Shown one piece after another: positions 24,871 to 28,991 of a stretch of 28,991 nt of DNA. Under the pieces are notes generated by a model. That model saw only the letters and a list, made by a program, of their open reading frames with translations. It was not told the origin of the DNA and searched no databases. This DNA is from Vermamoeba vermiformis (Eukaryota): the NCBI GenBank assembly GCA_045837725.1, contig JBEWZL010000309.1:62001-90991 (forward strand), written 5' to 3'. Each line of letters opens with the position of its first letter. Positions within the stretch are counted from its first letter, which is position 1. Both the position numbers and the translations under genes were made by a program.

Positions 24871-27800
24871 TTTTTTGAAGCTTGTTTCCATTAGGGATAA
24901 TTTATGATCAGCATATGTTTCACATTGCTTTAGTGTTTTATTCCTTTCTATTTTATCTTTTTAGTTAAAGTAGTTATTATGGGAAAACTCATGTTCAAGT
25001 CGTGGTAGGTGCGTTTTTTGAAGCTTGTTTCCATTAGGGATAATTTATGATCAGCATATGTTTCACATTGCTTTAGTGTTTTATTCCTTTCTATTTTATC
25101 TTTTTAGTTAAAGTAGTTATTATGGGAAAACTCATGTTCAAGTCGTGGTAGGTGCGTTTTTTGAAGCTTGTTTCCATTAGGGATAATTTATGATCAGCAT
25201 ATGTTTCACATTGCTTTAGTGTTTTATTCCTTTCTATTTTATCTTTTTAGTTAAAGTAGTTATTATGGGAAAACTCATGTTCAAGTCGTGGTAGGTGCGT
25301 TTTTTGAAGCTTGTTTCCATTAGGGATAATTTATGATCAGCATATGTTTCACATTGCTTTAGTGTTTTATTCCTTTCTATTTTATCTTTTTAGTTAAAGT
25401 AGTTATTATGGGAAAACTCATGTTCAAGTCGTGGTAGGTGCGTTTTTTGAAGCTTGTTTCCATTAGGGATAATTTATGATCAGCATATGTTTCACATTGC
25501 TTTAGTGTTTTATTCCTTTCTATTTTATCTTTTTAGTTAAAGTAGTTATTATGGGAAAACTCATGTTCAAGTCGTGGTAGGTGCGTTTTTTGAAGCTTGT
25601 TTCCATTAGGGATAATTTATGATCAGCATATGTTTCACATTGCTTTAGTGTTTTATTCCTTTCTATTTTATCTTTTTAGTTAAAGTAGTTATTATGGGAA
25701 AACTCATGTTCAAGTCGTGGTAGGTGCGTTTTTTGAAGCTTGTTTCCATTAGGGATAATTTATGATCAGCATATGTTTCACATTGCTTTAGTGTTTTATT
25801 CCTTTCTATTTTATCTTTTTAGTTAAAGTAGTTATTATGGGAAAACTCATGTTCAAGTCGTGGTAGGTGCGTTTTTTGAAGCTTGTTTCCATTAGGGATA
25901 ATTTATGATCAGCATATGTTTCACATTGCTTTAGTGTTTTATTCCTTTCTATTTTATCTTTTTAGTTAAAGTAGTTATTATGGGAAAACTCATGTTCAAG
26001 TCGTGGTAGGTGCGTTTTTTGAAGCTTGTTTCCATTAGGGATAATTTATGATCAGCATATGTTTCACATTGCTTTAGTGTTTTATTCCTTTCTATTTTAT
26101 CTTTTTAGTTAAAGTAGTTATTATGGGAAAACTCATGTTCAAGTCGTGGTAGGTGCGTTTTTTGAAGCTTGTTTCCATTAGGGATAATTTATGATCAGCA
26201 TATGTTTCACATTGCTTTAGTGTTTTATTCCTTTCTATTTTATCTTTTTAGTTAAAGTAGTTATTATGGGAAAACTCATGTTCAAGTCGTGGTAGGTGCG
26301 TTTTTTGAAGCTTGTTTCCATTAGGGATAATTTATGATCAGCATATGTTTCACATTGCTTTAGTGTTTTATTCCTTTCTATTTTATCTTTTTAGTTAAAG
26401 TAGTTATTATGGGAAAACTCATGTTCAAGTCGTGGTAGGTGCGTTTTTTGAAGCTTGTTTCCATTAGGGATAATTTATGATCAGCATATGTTTCACATTG
26501 CTTTAGTGTTTTATTCCTTTCTATTTTATCTTTTTAGTTAAAGTAGTTATTATGGGAAAACTCATGTTCAAGTCGTGGTAGGTGCGTTTTTTGAAGCTTG
26601 TTTCCATTAGGGATAATTTATGATCAGCATATGTTTCACATTGCTTTAGTGTTTTATTCCTTTCTATTTTATCTTTTTAGTTAAAGTAGTTATTATGGGA
26701 AAACTCATGTTCAAGTCGTGGTAGGTGCGTTTTTTGAAGCTTGTTTCCATTAGGGATAATTTATGATCAGCATATGTTTCACATTGCTTTAGTGTTTTAT
26801 TCCTTTCTATTTTATCTTTTTAGTTAAAGTAGTTATTATGGGAAAACTCATGTTCAAGTCGTGGTAGGTGCGTTTTTTGAAGCTTGTTTCCATTAGGGAT
26901 AATTTATGATCAGCATATGTTTCACATTGCTTTAGTGTTTTATTCCTTTCTATTTTATCTTTTTAGTTAAAGTAGTTATTATGGGAAAACTCATGTTCAA
27001 GTCGTGGTAGGTGCGTTTTTTGAAGCTTGTTTCCATTAGGGATAATTTATGATCAGCATATGTTTCACATTGCTTTAGTGTTTTATTCCTTTCTATTTTA
27101 TCTTTTTAGTTAAAGTAGTTATTATGGGAAAACTCATGTTCAAGTCGTGGTAGGTGCGTTTTTTGAAGCTTGTTTCCATTAGGGATAATTTATGATCAGC
27201 ATATGTTTCACATTGCTTTAGTGTTTTATTCCTTTCTATTTTATCTTTTTAGTTAAAGTAGTTATTATGGGAAAACTCATGTTCAAGTCGTGGTAGGTGC
27301 GTTTTTTGAAGCTTGTTTCCATTAGGGATAATTTATGATCAGCATATGTTTCACATTGCTTTAGTGTTTTATTCCTTTCTATTTTATCTTTTTAGTTAAA
27401 GTAGTTATTATGGGAAAACTCATGTTCAAGTCGTGGTAGGTGCGTTTTTTGAAGCTTGTTTCCATTAGGGATAATTTATGATCAGCATATGTTTCACATT
27501 GCTTTAGTGTTTTATTCCTTTCTATTTTATCTTTTTAGTTAAAGTAGTTATTATGGGAAAACTCATGTTCAAGTCGTGGTAGGTGCGTTTTTTGAAGCTT
27601 GTTTCCATTAGGGATAATTTATGATCAGCATATGTTTCACATTGCTTTAGTGTTTTATTCCTTTCTATTTTATCTTTTTAGTTAAAGTAGTTATTATGGG
27701 AAAACTCATGTTCAAGTCGTGGTAGGTGCGTTTTTTGAAGCTTGTTTCCATTAGGGATAATTTATGATCAGCATATGTTTCACATTGCTTTAGTGTTTTA

Positions 27801-28991
27801 TTCCTTTCTATTTTATCTTTTTAGTTAAAGTAGTTATTATGGGAAAACTCATGTTCAAGTCGTGGTAGGTGCGTTTTTTGAAGCTTGTTTCCATTAGGGA
27901 TAATTTATGATCAGCATATGTTTCACATTGCTTTAGTGTTTTATTCCTTTCTATTTTATCTTTTTAGTTAAAGTAGTTATTATGGGAAAACTCATGTTCA
28001 AGTCGTGGTAGGTGCGTTTTTTGAAGCTTGTTTCCATTAGGGATAATTTATGATCAGCATATGTTTCACATTGCTTTAGTGTTTTATTCCTTTCTATTTT
28101 ATCTTTTTAGTTAAAGTAGTTATTATGGGAAAACTCATGTTCAAGTCGTGGTAGGTGCGTTTTTTGAAGCTTGTTTCCATTAGGGATAATTTATGATCAG
28201 CATATGTTTCACATTGCTTTAGTGTTTTATTCCTTTCTATTTTATCTTTTTAGTTAAAGTAGTTATTATGGGAAAACTCATGTTCAAGTCGTGGTAGGTG
28301 CGTTTTTTGAAGCTTGTTTCCATTAGGGATAATTTATGATCAGCATATGTTTCACATTGCTTTAGTGTTTTATTCCTTTCTATTTTATCTTTTTAGTTAA
28401 AGTAGTTATTATGGGAAAACTCATGTTCAAGTCGTGGTAGGTGCGTTTTTTGAAGCTTGTTTCCATTAGGGATAATTTATGATCAGCATATGTTTCACAT
28501 TGCTTTAGTGTTTTATTCCTTTCTATTTTATCTTTTTAGTTAAAGTAGTTATTATGGGAAAACTCATGTTCAAGTCGTGGTAGGTGCGTTTTTTGAAGCT
28601 TGTTTCCATTAGGGATAATTTATGATCAGCATATGTTTCACATTGCTTTAGTGTTTTATTCCTTTCTATTTTATCTTTTTAGTTAAAGTAGTTATTATGG
28701 GAAAACTCATGTTCAAGTCGTGGTAGGTGCGTTTTTTGAAGCTTGTTTCCATTAGGGATAATTTATGATCAGCATATGTTTCACATTGCTTTAGTGTTTT
28801 ATTCCTTTCTATTTTATCTTTTTAGTTAAAGTAGTTATTATGGGAAAACTCATGTTCAAGTCGTGGTAGGTGCGTTTTTTGAAGCTTGTTTCCATTAGGG
28901 ATAATTTATGATCAGCATATGTTTCACATTGCTTTAGTGTTTTATTCCTTTCTATTTTATCTTTTTAGTTAAAGTAGTTATTATGGGAAAA
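24847..28991. repeat. Tandem array of about 29 apparently identical 143-bp units, truncated by the window end; each unit starts with the last 24 nt of trnR
   Basis: catgttcaagtcg recurs at 24847, 24990 and, on the same period, 27421 (24847+18x143). 4145 bp / 143 = 28.99 units. No variant units seen by eye. Confidence 0.98.

Noticed and set aside
24847-28991. CRISPR array
   Set aside because: Units are identical throughout, with no variable spacers and no cas genes.
24847-28991. Repeat-encoded protein
   Set aside because: 143 is not a multiple of 3 and the + strand ATG-initiated frames stop within about 9-17 codons.

Overview
This is an AT-rich protist mitochondrial genome segment with every gene on the + strand. 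It uses genetic code 4 (TGA=Trp), so the supplied ORF track breaks real genes at TGA. Gene order after retranslation: rnl (5'-truncated), cox3, trnA, trnS(gcu), trnF, trnP, three large unidentified overlapping ORFs (558, 913 and 961 aa), cox1, rps4, nad5, trnI(cau), cox2 (with a ~240-aa in-frame insertion), nad4, nad2, rps16, rpl19, nad11, nad1, orf137 (atp4-like?), nad4L, trnI(cau) copy 2, trnL, trnY, trnS(uga), trnR(ucg), then an array of ~29 identical 143-bp units running off the window end. The combination of rps16, rpl19, nad11, code 4 and single-strand coding suggests Amoebozoa or a similar lineage (inference). Most unusual features: (i) a 7.3-kb block of three giant orphan membrane-protein ORFs; (ii) trnP enclosed by perfect 64-bp inverted repeats that extend its acceptor stem; (iii) a perfect 98-bp palindrome inside an open frame; (iv) a tandem array whose unit begins with the T-arm and 3' end of trnR; (v) a stop-T-ATG junction at seven gene boundaries; (vi) the cox2 insertion; (vii) a Cox1 lacking the C-terminal SPPxxH motif.
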